The notes under the pieces are model-generated. The model was not told the DNA's origin, searched no databases, and saw nothing but the letters and a program-made list of their open reading frames with translations. This document shows positions 21,138-30,767 of a stretch of DNA of 64,000 bases, one piece after another. The DNA is taken from positions 45,236 to 109,235 of the IMG/VR virus record IMGVR_UViG_3300046453_000081; one strand, written 5' to 3'. The DNA is from a virus. The translations under genes and the position numbers were made by a program. Position 1 is the first letter of the stretch; every line of letters starts with the position of its first letter.

Positions 21138-21326
21138 TTATTCGTATGCTTCAATTTCAACCAACTCATTCAAAGTCAATTCCTTTATTTTGTAATGACT
21201 ACGTGGAATAAATAGCAAGGAATCTTTCAGTTTTTCAATTTGTATTTCTGCCAATTCTTCACTTTCAAAAACACCATAGATTGTTTGACCCTCATGATGG
21301 TCACGTTTTAATAAAAATATAGTCAT
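21138..21326 (-). CDS. Hypothetical protein
   Basis: IYGVFESEELA motif common in small phage proteins. Confidence 0.55.
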   Translation of the reverse strand: MTIFLLKRDHHEGQTIYGVFESEELAEIQIEKLKDSLLFIPRSHYKIKELTLNELVEIEAYE

Positions 21327-21381
21327 ATTAGCGCTCCTCTTCAAATGAATGAATACTAAAAAATGTAATGAAACGATTCTT

Positions 21382-21657
21382 CTATTTGCTACTATATAAA
21401 TCTACAACAGCATTGTGTATCATCTGAACATCTGCTTCGAAGTTTTCTCCAATAATTTCCTCAACATCATTGTTAAGTCCTTCCATAACTTTTGAAATTG
21501 TATTTGGATGAAATACAAGATTTTGATATAGTTCACTATCTCTGTCTATTGGTGTTAAAAAAGTTACTGTGGTTTCAATATGAGGTTTACCTTTATGCAT
21601 CTTAATGATATCACGATTTACTCGTTTTGCACTAAACACGTTTCTATCTCCCCCCAC
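21382..21657 (-). CDS. Hypothetical protein
   Basis: ORF. Confidence 0.55.
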   Translation of the reverse strand: MGGDRNVFSAKRVNRDIIKMHKGKPHIETTVTFLTPIDRDSELYQNLVFHPNTISKVMEGLNNDVEEIIGENFEADVQMIHNAVVDLYSSK

Positions 21658-21712
21658 ACCTAATAAATTGATTATTTTAACTTCAAATATGTTATAGTAT
21701 CTCTCCTATTTT

Positions 21713-21904
21713 TTATTTGTTCTTCCAACGTTCCACTTCTAATTCTTCCAACTCTATATGAGCATTATCTTTTATATAATCAATAACATGACCACTATTA
21801 GCAGTTTCTTTGATAATCTTTCTTATTTCAATTGGTTTAACGTGTTGATACTTATCGTTATCAATTTCGATATTTAATTCAACTTTAATAAACAAGTCGA
21901 ACAC
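21713..21904 (-). CDS. Hypothetical protein
   Basis: ORF. Confidence 0.5.
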   Translation of the reverse strand: MFDLFIKVELNIEIDNDKYQHVKPIEIRKIIKETANSGHVIDYIKDNAHIELEELEVERWKNK

Positions 21905-22067
21905 CTCCTTAAATGGTTGATTATTTTATTTCTATTACTTCGTTATTGACAATCAAAACAAGTTGAGGTTTTGAAGAGTATTTCTTAATTAACTCTCCAA
22001 TTTCTTCGATGGTTAAATTTTCATATTTACAAACTCCATAAATCACTTCCTAATTATAATCAATAAA

Positions 22068-22265
22068 TTAAAAAGAGCATCTAGCAATAATAGCTTTATT
22101 ATTTTCGTCTATTACTGTAATAATATAATGTCCTTTATCTATGTCTTCATATGGTTTTGAAAATTCGATACCATTTACTCTGAATCGCCCATTTTTTACT
22201 ATTTTAATCGCTTCAGTTCTGTTAACTGCCATTTTAGATTTTAATAAGATTTCTATTGGTGTCAT
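22068..22265 (-). CDS. Stand-alone S4-like RNA-binding domain protein
   Basis: ILLKSKMAVNRTEAIKIVKNGRFRVNG matches the S4 pattern. Confidence 0.6.
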   Translation of the reverse strand: MTPIEILLKSKMAVNRTEAIKIVKNGRFRVNGIEFSKPYEDIDKGHYIITVIDENNKAIIARCSF

Positions 22266-22493
22266 TTCTCTGCCCTCCCCTCATTTCTGTTAAATGATTG
22301 TTTTACTGCTTTTTTATTGAAATGATAAATACATCCTTGAATTTTGCAAATAACTTATTTTCAGCTTCTTTTTCATTGTATGCTTTTACTAAAGCAAATT
22401 TAGTTTCTTTTGGATTGTGGTCAAAACAAAATTCAAGCCTATAATTATTCAGCATAATGTCACCCTTAAAAACGAATTCTTTCAATTCAGCTT

Positions 22494-22682
22494 CTAGATT
22501 TTTTCTTCAACCTCTCTTAAGACTTGTTCGCAAATTTCGTCAAATTCGTCATCACTAACAACCTTTGAACCATACACTATCCTTCTTCGATAATTACCGA
22601 ATAAATCAAGAAAATCAACATCTGAATTATCTGCACGTTTCATCATGTCTTTAATTTCTTGCTTTATTATGAGTTTAATCAT
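22494..22682 (-). CDS. Hypothetical protein
   Basis: ORF. Confidence 0.5.
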   Translation of the reverse strand: MIKLIIKQEIKDMMKRADNSDVDFLDLFGNYRRRIVYGSKVVSDDEFDEICEQVLREVEEKI

Positions 22683-22703
22683 TATCTCACCACCCAATTT
22701 TTC

Positions 22704-23150
22704 CTATTTTTTGTATCGTTTAAGTATTTCAACAATCTCAAGAAACATGTCATTAGCTTCATCGAACCCAAGTTCTTCATCGTTTTGGAGACTGTAAATC
22801 TTATCTGTTATTTCGTCCCAATCTCCATAGCGTTCATCAATTTTTTCACGTTTTGAGTCCGATAATTCATCAGCGTAATCATCTAAATCCGATTTAAACG
22901 TGTCCAACATATCTTCGAACAGGTTAATGTCTGCATTGTCCTCAATCATTGTTTTTAATAGTTTGCCTGAAAAATCATCAACATCTTCTTCAAGAACGCT
23001 ATAGCCACTTTGTTCAAGTCGATTGTATAAGTTTTCATATTCAACGACAATTTCATCAAAATCATCACGTATATTTTCTAATCCACTGATACTATTTTCA
23101 ATCGTTTCTATTATTTCCGTCAGTCTTTCTCTCTGTTCCACACGATTCAT
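22704..23150 (-). CDS. Highly acidic helical protein
   Basis: D/E-rich 148-aa ORF. Confidence 0.65.
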   Translation of the reverse strand: MNRVEQRERLTEIIETIENSISGLENIRDDFDEIVVEYENLYNRLEQSGYSVLEEDVDDFSGKLLKTMIEDNADINLFEDMLDTFKSDLDDYADELSDSKREKIDERYGDWDEITDKIYSLQNDEELGFDEANDMFLEIVEILKRYKK

Positions 23151-23165
23151 TGACCTGCCCCCTCA

Positions 23166-23534
23166 TTAATTTAAATCATATGACCTCAATACAGCTAACG
23201 ACTGATTTAACTTATCTCTTTCTTTCTTAAGCGTATCTACACATATTTGATGACTAACCTGTGTTATGCCAGTGGTCAATTCTCCAATCTGTTTCTCCAC
23301 AGATTTAATTTCTTCCTTGTTTTTGAGAAAAAATTCCTCTAATTTATTAATTGCATCTTTTTGATTATCAACTCTGCAAATAGATTTTTCACCAATATAC
23401 AGTCTTTTAATCCCACTTTTACCTACATATCCATGACTTTGCTCAATACGACCAACGATTTTGTCATCCAATAATATATCCCAATTATCTTCAGAACTTT
23501 TTTTAATTTTCAACTTTATTTCCACTCCCATCAT
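23166..23534 (-). CDS. Hypothetical protein
   Basis: ORF downstream of operator-promoter. Confidence 0.55.
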   Translation of the reverse strand: MMGVEIKLKIKKSSEDNWDILLDDKIVGRIEQSHGYVGKSGIKRLYIGEKSICRVDNQKDAINKLEEFFLKNKEEIKSVEKQIGELTTGITQVSHQICVDTLKKERDKLNQSLAVLRSYDLN

Positions 23535-23637
23535 TAACTCTGTAATGCAATTATATCACAACAAAAACCCAATTACAATGGACTATAATAGTACAAAGAG
23601 AAAATTTTTCTCTTTGTACTATTATAAGGTCAATCCA

Positions 23638-24159
23638 TTATTGTTCATCGTCCTCAATCAATTCAATTTCCACTTTTGTAATTCGTTCGCCCCAATTACC
23701 CATGTCCTTATAAGTTGCATAGACATTGTATACACCATCACCTAAACCCGAACTGAACGCTACAGCTAATCCATCATGCCCCATCGCATAATTTAGTTGC
23801 CCCGCTTGGTCTTCACTGCATGTTAAATCGCAAATTGTGTCATAGGTGCTATCAGTAATAGCAGAAAACAGCACAATTTTACCAATTTTTTCCGAATATT
23901 CTTTTATGACTTTTGCAACACTTCGCAAATAACCATCGTCATCTGATTTTACCTTATAGACATGATTCTCTTTTGTTATATAGTCATGACCACTGTTAAT
24001 TAAAAATTCAGCCATTTCGTCTTGCCCTTGTCCCCAAAACTTCATGCCAATTATATTTGCACCATCTTCTTCCACCCATTCATCACTGATATAACATGGG
24101 TCAATAATCATCAACTGTCCTGAGTCTACTCCAACATTACCAATCAATTTTCTTTTCAT
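23638..24159 (-). CDS. DUF4241-like protein
   Basis: GVDSGQLMIIDPCY and SSGLGDGVYNVY motifs. Confidence 0.65.
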   Translation of the reverse strand: MKRKLIGNVGVDSGQLMIIDPCYISDEWVEEDGANIIGMKFWGQGQDEMAEFLINSGHDYITKENHVYKVKSDDDGYLRSVAKVIKEYSEKIGKIVLFSAITDSTYDTICDLTCSEDQAGQLNYAMGHDGLAVAFSSGLGDGVYNVYATYKDMGNWGERITKVEIELIEDDEQ

Positions 24160-24184
24160 TGTATTTCCTCCACTTCAATATTTA

Positions 24185-24721
24185 TTATTTATCCCAATTA
24201 ATACGTTCTGATTCTTTCCATAATCGCATAACACTTTTCTTAAATACATCATTGTTAAGCCACTCATTATATTGCTTTGTCGTGTACCTGCCATCATTCT
24301 TTGTTATTCTATTTATTTCTTTCATGAAGTTGCCACTTAGACCAATAGAACGCATTCCTTCAAGTATTCCTGTATCAGAATCAATCAAGAACATATCGAA
24401 TCTATTGCCAACTACTTCCCCATCCATATCTACATCTAAAACATTAATATCAAATAATAGGTCAAAGACTAATTCTTCCCCAATATAAACCATGATGATT
24501 GAAGTATTTAGTATAGGATTACGATACAATGCAAATCTAATTTGACCACTTCTAAAAGCAATAACTTCTCTTTCTATTGGACTAGGTAATGTGACATACA
24601 TTGTTAATGTCTTATCCTCTTTGTTATAGTCCAATGATGCCCCGCCTTCGCCCCCTGCCATTTTTGTCAATACTTCTTCATGGGGAAATCTTTTTCCTAT
24701 TTGCATAGTGACGAATCCCAT
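24185..24721 (-). CDS. Hypothetical protein
   Basis: 178-aa coupled ORF. Confidence 0.65.
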   Translation of the reverse strand: MGFVTMQIGKRFPHEEVLTKMAGGEGGASLDYNKEDKTLTMYVTLPSPIEREVIAFRSGQIRFALYRNPILNTSIIMVYIGEELVFDLLFDINVLDVDMDGEVVGNRFDMFLIDSDTGILEGMRSIGLSGNFMKEINRITKNDGRYTTKQYNEWLNNDVFKKSVMRLWKESERINWDK

Positions 24722-24981
24722 TAGTAATTACTCCTTTCTTCTTCTTTAAGTTCTCTCAATTTGTCCAACTTGTCATCATATGGTTCTACAGCTTCCCAAT
24801 CTATCTCTCTATCCTTGAAAATTTGAAGGTAGTCTTGTTTGTCATGTTGAATCATGCTAACCAATTCATACATATCAACTTGAAAAGCATAGTATTGTAC
24901 TGTCTTTGCATCAAGCATATTTGTAATTCCTGAATTCTGTATTGTTCGGTAGCTTCTCAGTAAATCTTCACTATACTCCAT
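24721..24981 (-). CDS. DUF5049-like protein
   Basis: IQNSGITNMLD..VQ..A......ELV..I......Y pattern. Confidence 0.6.
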   Translation of the reverse strand: MEYSEDLLRSYRTIQNSGITNMLDAKTVQYYAFQVDMYELVSMIQHDKQDYLQIFKDREIDWEAVEPYDDKLDKLRELKEEERSNY

Positions 24982-25295
24982 TATTGTTTGCCCCCTGTTA
25001 TAAATTCGAAAACTTCACCTAGTGTTCTGTAACCATTTCTAAAATGACCATCTTCTAATTCAATAGTCCAATCATTATTTTTTATTGCAAATTCACCAAA
25101 TTCATTTTCATCATAGGACATATAGACCAAATATCTTTTTCCATTTAAGTAAATAATATATCCGAAAAGATATTCATCGTTATGTTTTAAATCCAATACA
25201 GAAACATTTGCGTTAAGTCTCTCCGCAATACTCTTTGCAAATTTTTCCAAATCTCTCATAATCACATCTTTATGAAAATAAACACCAACTGCCAT
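24981..25295 (-). CDS. Hypothetical protein
   Basis: Coupled ORF. Confidence 0.6.
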   Translation of the reverse strand: MAVGVYFHKDVIMRDLEKFAKSIAERLNANVSVLDLKHNDEYLFGYIIYLNGKRYLVYMSYDENEFGEFAIKNNDWTIELEDGHFRNGYRTLGEVFEFITGGKQ

Positions 25296-25331
25296 GTTAT
25301 TCTCTCCTTTACAATTTCGTCGAAGTATGCA

Positions 25332-25529
25332 CTAAGACAAAGCATCCAATTTTCTTATTTCACTTAATCGCACAACACCAATGAATGTGTATTTCCTTCT
25401 TCCTATCAATTCAAGTTCTGAAAACAGATTCTTAGTTTTTTTGGTAGCGGAAATCACATCATCAGATTCAATTTGTGCTAATTTAATTTCTTCCGAAGAA
25501 CCCACTTTGTATGAAATAATGTAAACCAT
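25332..25529 (-). CDS. Hypothetical protein
   Basis: ORF with RBS. Confidence 0.55.
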   Translation of the reverse strand: MVYIISYKVGSSEEIKLAQIESDDVISATKKTKNLFSELELIGRRKYTFIGVVRLSEIRKLDALS

Positions 25530-25575
25530 TTCTCCAACTCCTTACGACGCAATTTATGTCTAATGTGAAATCTTA

Positions 25576-25785
25576 TTATCTACCTGCAAATTGCTCAGGA
25601 TAAACTACTTTACCATCTACTGCATGTAAGATGCAGTATTCATCTTCATCTTCAATAATTACTTCTTTTGCACCTTGTTTATGCAACATAACATAATTAA
25701 CACAATCTTCAATATCTTTCAGTTTCACAGGGGGCATAGTCTCTCTTACCCCCAAAATATCAACTACACAGTAACCTTTAAACAT
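25576..25785 (-). CDS. Hypothetical protein
   Basis: ORF with RBS. Confidence 0.55.
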   Translation of the reverse strand: MFKGYCVVDILGVRETMPPVKLKDIEDCVNYVMLHKQGAKEVIIEDEDEYCILHAVDGKVVYPEQFAGR

Positions 25786-26002
25786 TGGCAGTCACTCCCT
25801 CTTTTTTAATGATTTTGTATACATAATTCGCTCCGCAATCAGGATTGCTACATGTAACATCAATTGAATCACCAAAATATAGACCAATCATTGGATAATA
25901 ATCTGTCAGCACCACATATGCTGAATATGTCCATCTGCATTTGCATTTAGGACAATTGTCAGGGAGTCTTTTAGAATAGGTGTCAAATAGCATTAACATC
26001 AC
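25778..26002 (-). CDS. Zn-ribbon protein
   Basis: CPKC...CSNPDC. Confidence 0.55.
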   Translation of the reverse strand: MMLMLFDTYSKRLPDNCPKCKCRWTYSAYVVLTDYYPMIGLYFGDSIDVTCSNPDCGANYVYKIIKKEGVTANV

Positions 26003-26090
26003 TCCTTCACTAATTATTTTATCTTTATGTATATCTTACCATTCTCTTAGTCCAATGTAAATGGATTACAGGAAAATGGTAAGATAAATT

Positions 26091-26474
26091 TTACATCGTC
26101 TGTTCGTACATTTCTTCTCTTATGTCGTTCAAATCTTCCTTCAATAATTGTTTGAGATTATCGCATAAACTTACACAGAGTTCGTATGTTGCCAAATCAT
26201 TAATAGAATCATTATTATATCCATATTCACAGCACCATTCAGTAAAGGTCATACTCCCCGCTTCAGCATCCATAAACAGGCATTCTAAAACTTCTAGCAT
26301 TTGAGGTTCTTCACCTCTTAGCCCAACCCCCATATAAAATGGTACATCCATTTCGTTACCCCTGTATTTGAATGTGCAAGTCCAAGCATCAGAATTTGGG
26401 AAATTTTCATTGTCTTTAGCCCCATGTTCAACTCTAAATCGAACATTATCAAGTTTGCTCATAATAAACTCCAC
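26091..26474 (-). CDS. Hypothetical phage protein
   Basis: ORF with FTEWCCEYGYNNDS motif. Confidence 0.6.
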   Translation of the reverse strand: MEFIMSKLDNVRFRVEHGAKDNENFPNSDAWTCTFKYRGNEMDVPFYMGVGLRGEEPQMLEVLECLFMDAEAGSMTFTEWCCEYGYNNDSINDLATYELCVSLCDNLKQLLKEDLNDIREEMYEQTM

Positions 26475-26751
26475 CTTTTTTCATTATTGGGAACTTCATT
26501 AGCCCATCCTTATTAAGTCCATCATATACAACATCAATATGCATCCCTATTCCCACAACGTCAAAATCGTCATCAATCCAAGAGTCAAATCCAGTAAACA
26601 CATTTTGCTCTTTACCATTAAAATCAACAGTCAGAGTTTGACCATCTCTTTTTCCCACAACTTTTAGCCTAATTTCTTCCACGTCTTTCACCCCTCTAAT
26701 GACTAAACTTCTTTCCATCACTATAGCCTTTTTGCATCGCATCAGAATCAC
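26449..26751 (-). CDS. Hypothetical protein
   Basis: ORF; real start probably near 26691. Confidence 0.5.
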   Translation of the reverse strand: MILMRCKKAIVMERSLVIRGVKDVEEIRLKVVGKRDGQTLTVDFNGKEQNVFTGFDSWIDDDFDVVGIGMHIDVVYDGLNKDGLMKFPIMKKGGVYYEQT

Positions 26752-27367
26752 CGCTTGTTTTCCTTTTTATTCTGCTACCACTACCCATCGTGTAGCCCTC
26801 ATATTCTCGGACTACCAAGGCATCTTTTAGAAGAATAAGTGCCAACCCTTCCGTTTCCACTTGCTCTTTAAACTTGGCTTTTAACCCTTGCAAGTACCCT
26901 GCTATATAGTCGTTTTTAACTGCAATAGTAGTCCCCCTGTTGCCACCAATACCCCTCTTTTTTATGTAGTTGTCCGAATGAAATTTAATCTTAATGAGTG
27001 CAAATTCATAAATCGCCTTACAAACAGCAATATCCTGTTCAAGCCCTAAGAAAGTAATCTTTGTTCTCTTATTGAAAGACCTAGTAAATGTATAGCATCT
27101 AAAATTGTCCGCAATTATTAGTGCTAAACTTTTCATCCACCATTGTAACTTTGTATATTCAGTTCCGTCACCCTCCATTACATTTTTTCTAATTGGTTTA
27201 TTATCATAATCTATATCGTTAATTGAAAGATTGTATTTCATCATCATTTTTTGTGCTAAGAGCATAGCTGTATCCGATTCATCAGAATCAGCCCCATCAT
27301 TTGCTAGTGCAAGGCATCCTTTTATTTTTGTTATAATATCTTCTATGTTTTTGCTTTTATCGTCCAT
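26696..27367 (-). CDS. DUF2786-domain protein
   Basis: KIKGCLALA....ESDTAMLLAQKMMMKYNL N-terminus. Confidence 0.75.
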   Translation of the reverse strand: MDDKSKNIEDIITKIKGCLALANDGADSDESDTAMLLAQKMMMKYNLSINDIDYDNKPIRKNVMEGDGTEYTKLQWWMKSLALIIADNFRCYTFTRSFNKRTKITFLGLEQDIAVCKAIYEFALIKIKFHSDNYIKKRGIGGNRGTTIAVKNDYIAGYLQGLKAKFKEQVETEGLALILLKDALVVREYEGYTMGSGSRIKRKTSGDSDAMQKGYSDGKKFSH

Positions 27368-27407
27368 GTCTTTATTCTCCTATCCATTTAGATTGGGTTA
27401 TCGAAGT

Positions 27408-27470
27408 AGTTTTAAGGCAACAACAGGAAGTCTATTGTTGCCCAACAATCATTTGAAAGGGTTGATTGAA
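27408..27470 (-). ncRNA. Candidate small regulatory RNA antisense to the shared early-gene RBS
   Basis: Own promoter; hairpin CAAUCA-[ACCCUUUCAAA]-UGAUUG followed by GGCAACAAUAG/CUGUUGUUGCC hairpin; no ORF. Confidence 0.6.
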
Positions 27471-27474
27471 TTTC

Positions 27475-27503
27475 ATTGTATCCTATTTTGAGACTATTTT
27501 CAA
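27475..27503 (-). promoter_or_regulatory. sigmaA promoter of the candidate sRNA
   Basis: TTGAAA-17 bp-TACAAT. Confidence 0.7.
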
Positions 27504-27508
27504 GTGAT

Positions 27509-27739
27509 TTAGTCTGACAGCCTTTTATTATAATCTTCTATTGCTACTTTTAAGTCTTTAAAATAGTGTCCTTGGTAGAATCCTTTGAATTCTTTATTAA
27601 AGAGATACGTTACAAATTCATTTTTCTGATTTTCTACCAAACAATATGCTAGGTTTGCATCGTCAGGGTTGTCACTAACACTTTTGTACATAAATAATTT
27701 CCAACCTTTGGAACTTGCTACATCTTCAATGACATCCAT
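27509..27739 (-). CDS. Hypothetical protein, paralogue of 60539-60811
   Basis: Shared NPxD.....L....Y.N.EF..F..G.Y pattern. Confidence 0.6.
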   Translation of the reverse strand: MDVIEDVASSKGWKLFMYKSVSDNPDDANLAYCLVENQKNEFVTYLFNKEFKGFYQGHYFKDLKVAIEDYNKRLSD

Positions 27740-27862
27740 CTAATCACCAACCAATCCTTTATCTAATATAATTGTAACATATTTATTACCCAATTTCAAT
27801 GGGTTTTTGTAATATTATCAAAAATTTAAATCTTCCTATGCGACACAAATTGGTCGTATTGT

Positions 27863-28060
27863 TCAGTAATCTAATCTAACATCATTACCACAAGAACAAT
27901 TAATTCGCATTGAATATTGACTGTCAAGATTACAGTAAAATCCTTCTTGTTTTTCTTCAATAGAATCCGATAAATAATACTTTCCATTATTGTCACTTTT
28001 AATAGGTACTTCTGTTTTACTTCCGCATTCTGTACATTTTATTGAAATCATAATATCCAT
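27863..28060 (-). CDS. Zn-ribbon protein
   Basis: CTECG...CSCG. Confidence 0.55.
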   Translation of the reverse strand: MDIMISIKCTECGSKTEVPIKSDNNGKYYLSDSIEEKQEGFYCNLDSQYSMRINCSCGNDVRLDY

Positions 28061-28152
28061 CTTATCTGCCCCTTTTAATACGCAATTTATAGGTCTACTA
28101 TTCACTATGAAAGAGTGATTTTAATGTATAATTTGTTCGAATAGTGTCTTAA

Positions 28153-28383
28153 TCACTCTCTTTCTTTTGCTTGTAATACCAATTCTGTTAAGTCATTATG
28201 AGAGAATTTCCAATCATCTTCTAAACACATTCCAACATATTCATATCTGTCATCCTTTTCAGTAAAATATACTTGAAATGCCCTTCCTGTAAAGATAATT
28301 TCATTTCCTTCTTTGTCAATGAATACATCGCCCTTATTGATTTTCTTGTTCTCAGCTAACTTCCATAACTCTGAATTAGTCAT
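28153..28383 (-). CDS. Hypothetical protein
   Basis: ORF with RBS. Confidence 0.55.
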   Translation of the reverse strand: MTNSELWKLAENKKINKGDVFIDKEGNEIIFTGRAFQVYFTEKDDRYEYVGMCLEDDWKFSHNDLTELVLQAKERE

Positions 28384-28515
28384 TGTTTACCATCCCTTTC
28401 ATTGCGACACACTTTATGTCAAAAGCGAATAAGATAGATATTTTATTCACCTACCAACTCCTATCATAGTAATATGAAGGGTCTTCTAATGGTGTCATTT
28501 TTATACTCCCTTTGT

Positions 28516-28848
28516 TTATTTTACTTCCTTATAGGCACTTAAATAGATTTTAACAACTGTTACTTCACCTTCATCAAACTCGTCACCATCGAATTCGTCA
28601 TCAATATCAATTTCCACACTATACCCATCTTTTTCAAGTTCTTTAAAGGTATCAATTGCGGGCTTCATAGATTCTAAAAATTCTTCCACCTTAGAAACAA
28701 GAATAAATTTACTATGGTATGTTTCTTCTTTATATACTCTTTTAAGACCTATCATGAATCTATTCCCACTCCCCTCGTTGTTCATCATCCCATTGAAATA
28801 AAAATGTTTCGTGAGAGGATATTTTACCCTGAATAAAAGCATATTCAT
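28516..28848 (-). CDS. Hypothetical protein
   Basis: ORF; start uncertain. Confidence 0.5.
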   Translation of the reverse strand: MNMLLFRVKYPLTKHFYFNGMMNNEGSGNRFMIGLKRVYKEETYHSKFILVSKVEEFLESMKPAIDTFKELEKDGYSVEIDIDDEFDGDEFDEGEVTVVKIYLSAYKEVK

Positions 28849-29029
28849 TAGACAGCCTTTCTAAATCTAAAATACATGCATATAAATGAAGGTCTGAAAG
28901 TGTTTCGTCTGTAATTTTATCTGAAATTACTCTACTGTTTTCTTTTATTTTTTTTAACAAATTATTCTTTTGGAAAATTAATGCTTTAAGTTCCTCTCTA
29001 ATTATTCGTTTCAAATTATTTTTATTCAT
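28760..29029 (-). CDS. Hypothetical protein
   Basis: ORF with GGAGG RBS. Confidence 0.55.
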   Translation of the reverse strand: MNKNNLKRIIREELKALIFQKNNLLKKIKENSRVISDKITDETLSDLHLYACILDLERLSNEYAFIQGKISSHETFLFQWDDEQRGEWE

Positions 29030-29235
29030 CTCTATTCCTCCATTTTAATATTTTCTTTTCAATGATTCTAACTGTTCCTGCATCCTGCAAATTTTATTAT
29101 AATCTTCATCTGTTATAGAACGTTCATCAGAAAGCAATTCCAACTCGTAAATTACCTTGTCAAAGCATACATGCAACCATTCACTTTTATTCAGTCTACC
29201 CTTTGTCTTTACCATTCTGCATCCCCCTCCTACTG

Positions 29236-29526
29236 TTAAGGCATCATGCCAAAAAGTTTTAATAGAAAACCCAAGAGGATAGGGACAAAGAAAAGGAATC
29301 CTACAATATTGATTAAAAAGTTTGTTTCATTGTTTTCGTTGTTGCTTTTATAAACCCTACTGTTATTTGTACTGCTTGTTCTTCTTGGTCTTCTTTCTAC
29401 TTCAAAGTTCTCCCTGTGATTATAATCATCATATTCATCATCATCTTCAATGCTTGGAATTGGTCTACGATTATTAGTAGGTTCATAATCTGAAAATCCA
29501 TAAATGCTACGCTTTCTTTTTGGCAT
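29236..29526 (-). CDS. Small protein with C-terminal TM helix
   Basis: Disordered N-terminus, hydrophobic tail. Confidence 0.55.
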   Translation of the reverse strand: MPKRKRSIYGFSDYEPTNNRRPIPSIEDDDEYDDYNHRENFEVERRPRRTSSTNNSRVYKSNNENNETNFLINIVGFLFFVPILLGFLLKLFGMMP

Positions 29527-29865
29527 TCAGAACACCCCCACTATAACTCTATTCGACTGTCTTGCCAATTATGAATCATGAGTCAAGAAAATTCATTCCC
29601 CTATTTTTCGTCTTCATATTTCATATAAAATCTATATGCTTCTTCCTCGGTTTTTGTACCGAGCTGATAATTAAATTCATCTTCAAACTTTTTTAATTCT
29701 TCTTTTGAATATCCTAGAGACTTCAAAGCTAATAAGCCATAGCCAATCGCTTCACCGTTTCTCATTTAATTGTCCCCTTTCTTTTATGCTATCTAAGAAC
29801 ATTTTACCATATTCGCAATCCAATTTCAATGGGTTGTTCAAATAAAATTTTTAATAGGAAGTAAT

Positions 29866-30357
29866 TTATTTACTTCCTACTGTTAATCCGAATCTTATCA
29901 TGCAATCATTACCTCTAAACGGTCTGCTATCTTTTTCGAATCCGAATTTTTTATAAAACTTTTTCAACACTCTTTTTCCCACTCCAAACTTGGGGGCAAC
30001 TTCTAAATCAATACTGTACCCATACTTATCTGCAATTTCAATCAAAGCATTCATCATTTGAGTTCCTAACCCCTGTTGTTTCTTATCATCAGGAACACCA
30101 ATAAAAGCTAAGTGAATTTGTTTCTTATCTGTGTAAGTATACAGTTCAAATTTCAATCCATCATTGTCAATCAGAAATGGTCTGATATACCAAAAACCAT
30201 AGTTATAGCGTAAATCGTTAATGACAGGGCATAATACAGGGGGTTCAACAATAAAACCATTTGTAGCTTTTTCTAAATGCTCTGCTCTTTCTTTATTCGT
30301 TTCTTCTAATTCTTCTCTAGACAGTTCTATGAAGTTAATATTGTTTAACGTTTTCAT
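29866..30357 (-). CDS. GNAT family acetyltransferase
   Basis: V..DKKQQGLGTQMM acetyl-CoA motif; FYKKFGF. Confidence 0.8.
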   Translation of the reverse strand: MKTLNNINFIELSREELEETNKERAEHLEKATNGFIVEPPVLCPVINDLRYNYGFWYIRPFLIDNDGLKFELYTYTDKKQIHLAFIGVPDDKKQQGLGTQMMNALIEIADKYGYSIDLEVAPKFGVGKRVLKKFYKKFGFEKDSRPFRGNDCMIRFGLTVGSK

Positions 30358-30767
30358 TGATATCAATCCTTTCATAAGAGGGGGGGATTGCCCCCATCAT
30401 ACAACGCTTCTTCCCCTATATTAATCCCTTAGTTTTCTTAACCCTTTTTATCATACCTTTAATTACCATTTCTTCAGGTATTTTGTTTTTAGCTAACGTC
30501 ATTACAACCTCTTTCAAATGCCATTCTTTATAGTGTTCTCCTAATCCTTCACGCAATTGTTTCTCAATGCTGTTCATCAAATCACCCTTTCTTTATCTTA
30601 TATATCCATTATAGCATATATACAACCCATTTACAATGGATTAAGATAAAAAAATAAATGCAGGTATCAACCCACATTTACAATGTGATTATATTTAATA
30701 CTAATTCTTCTTTGTTAGATTTACAAATGGTTTTTTCTTTAGGTTTACAAAAGGTTTTTTAGTAAGA

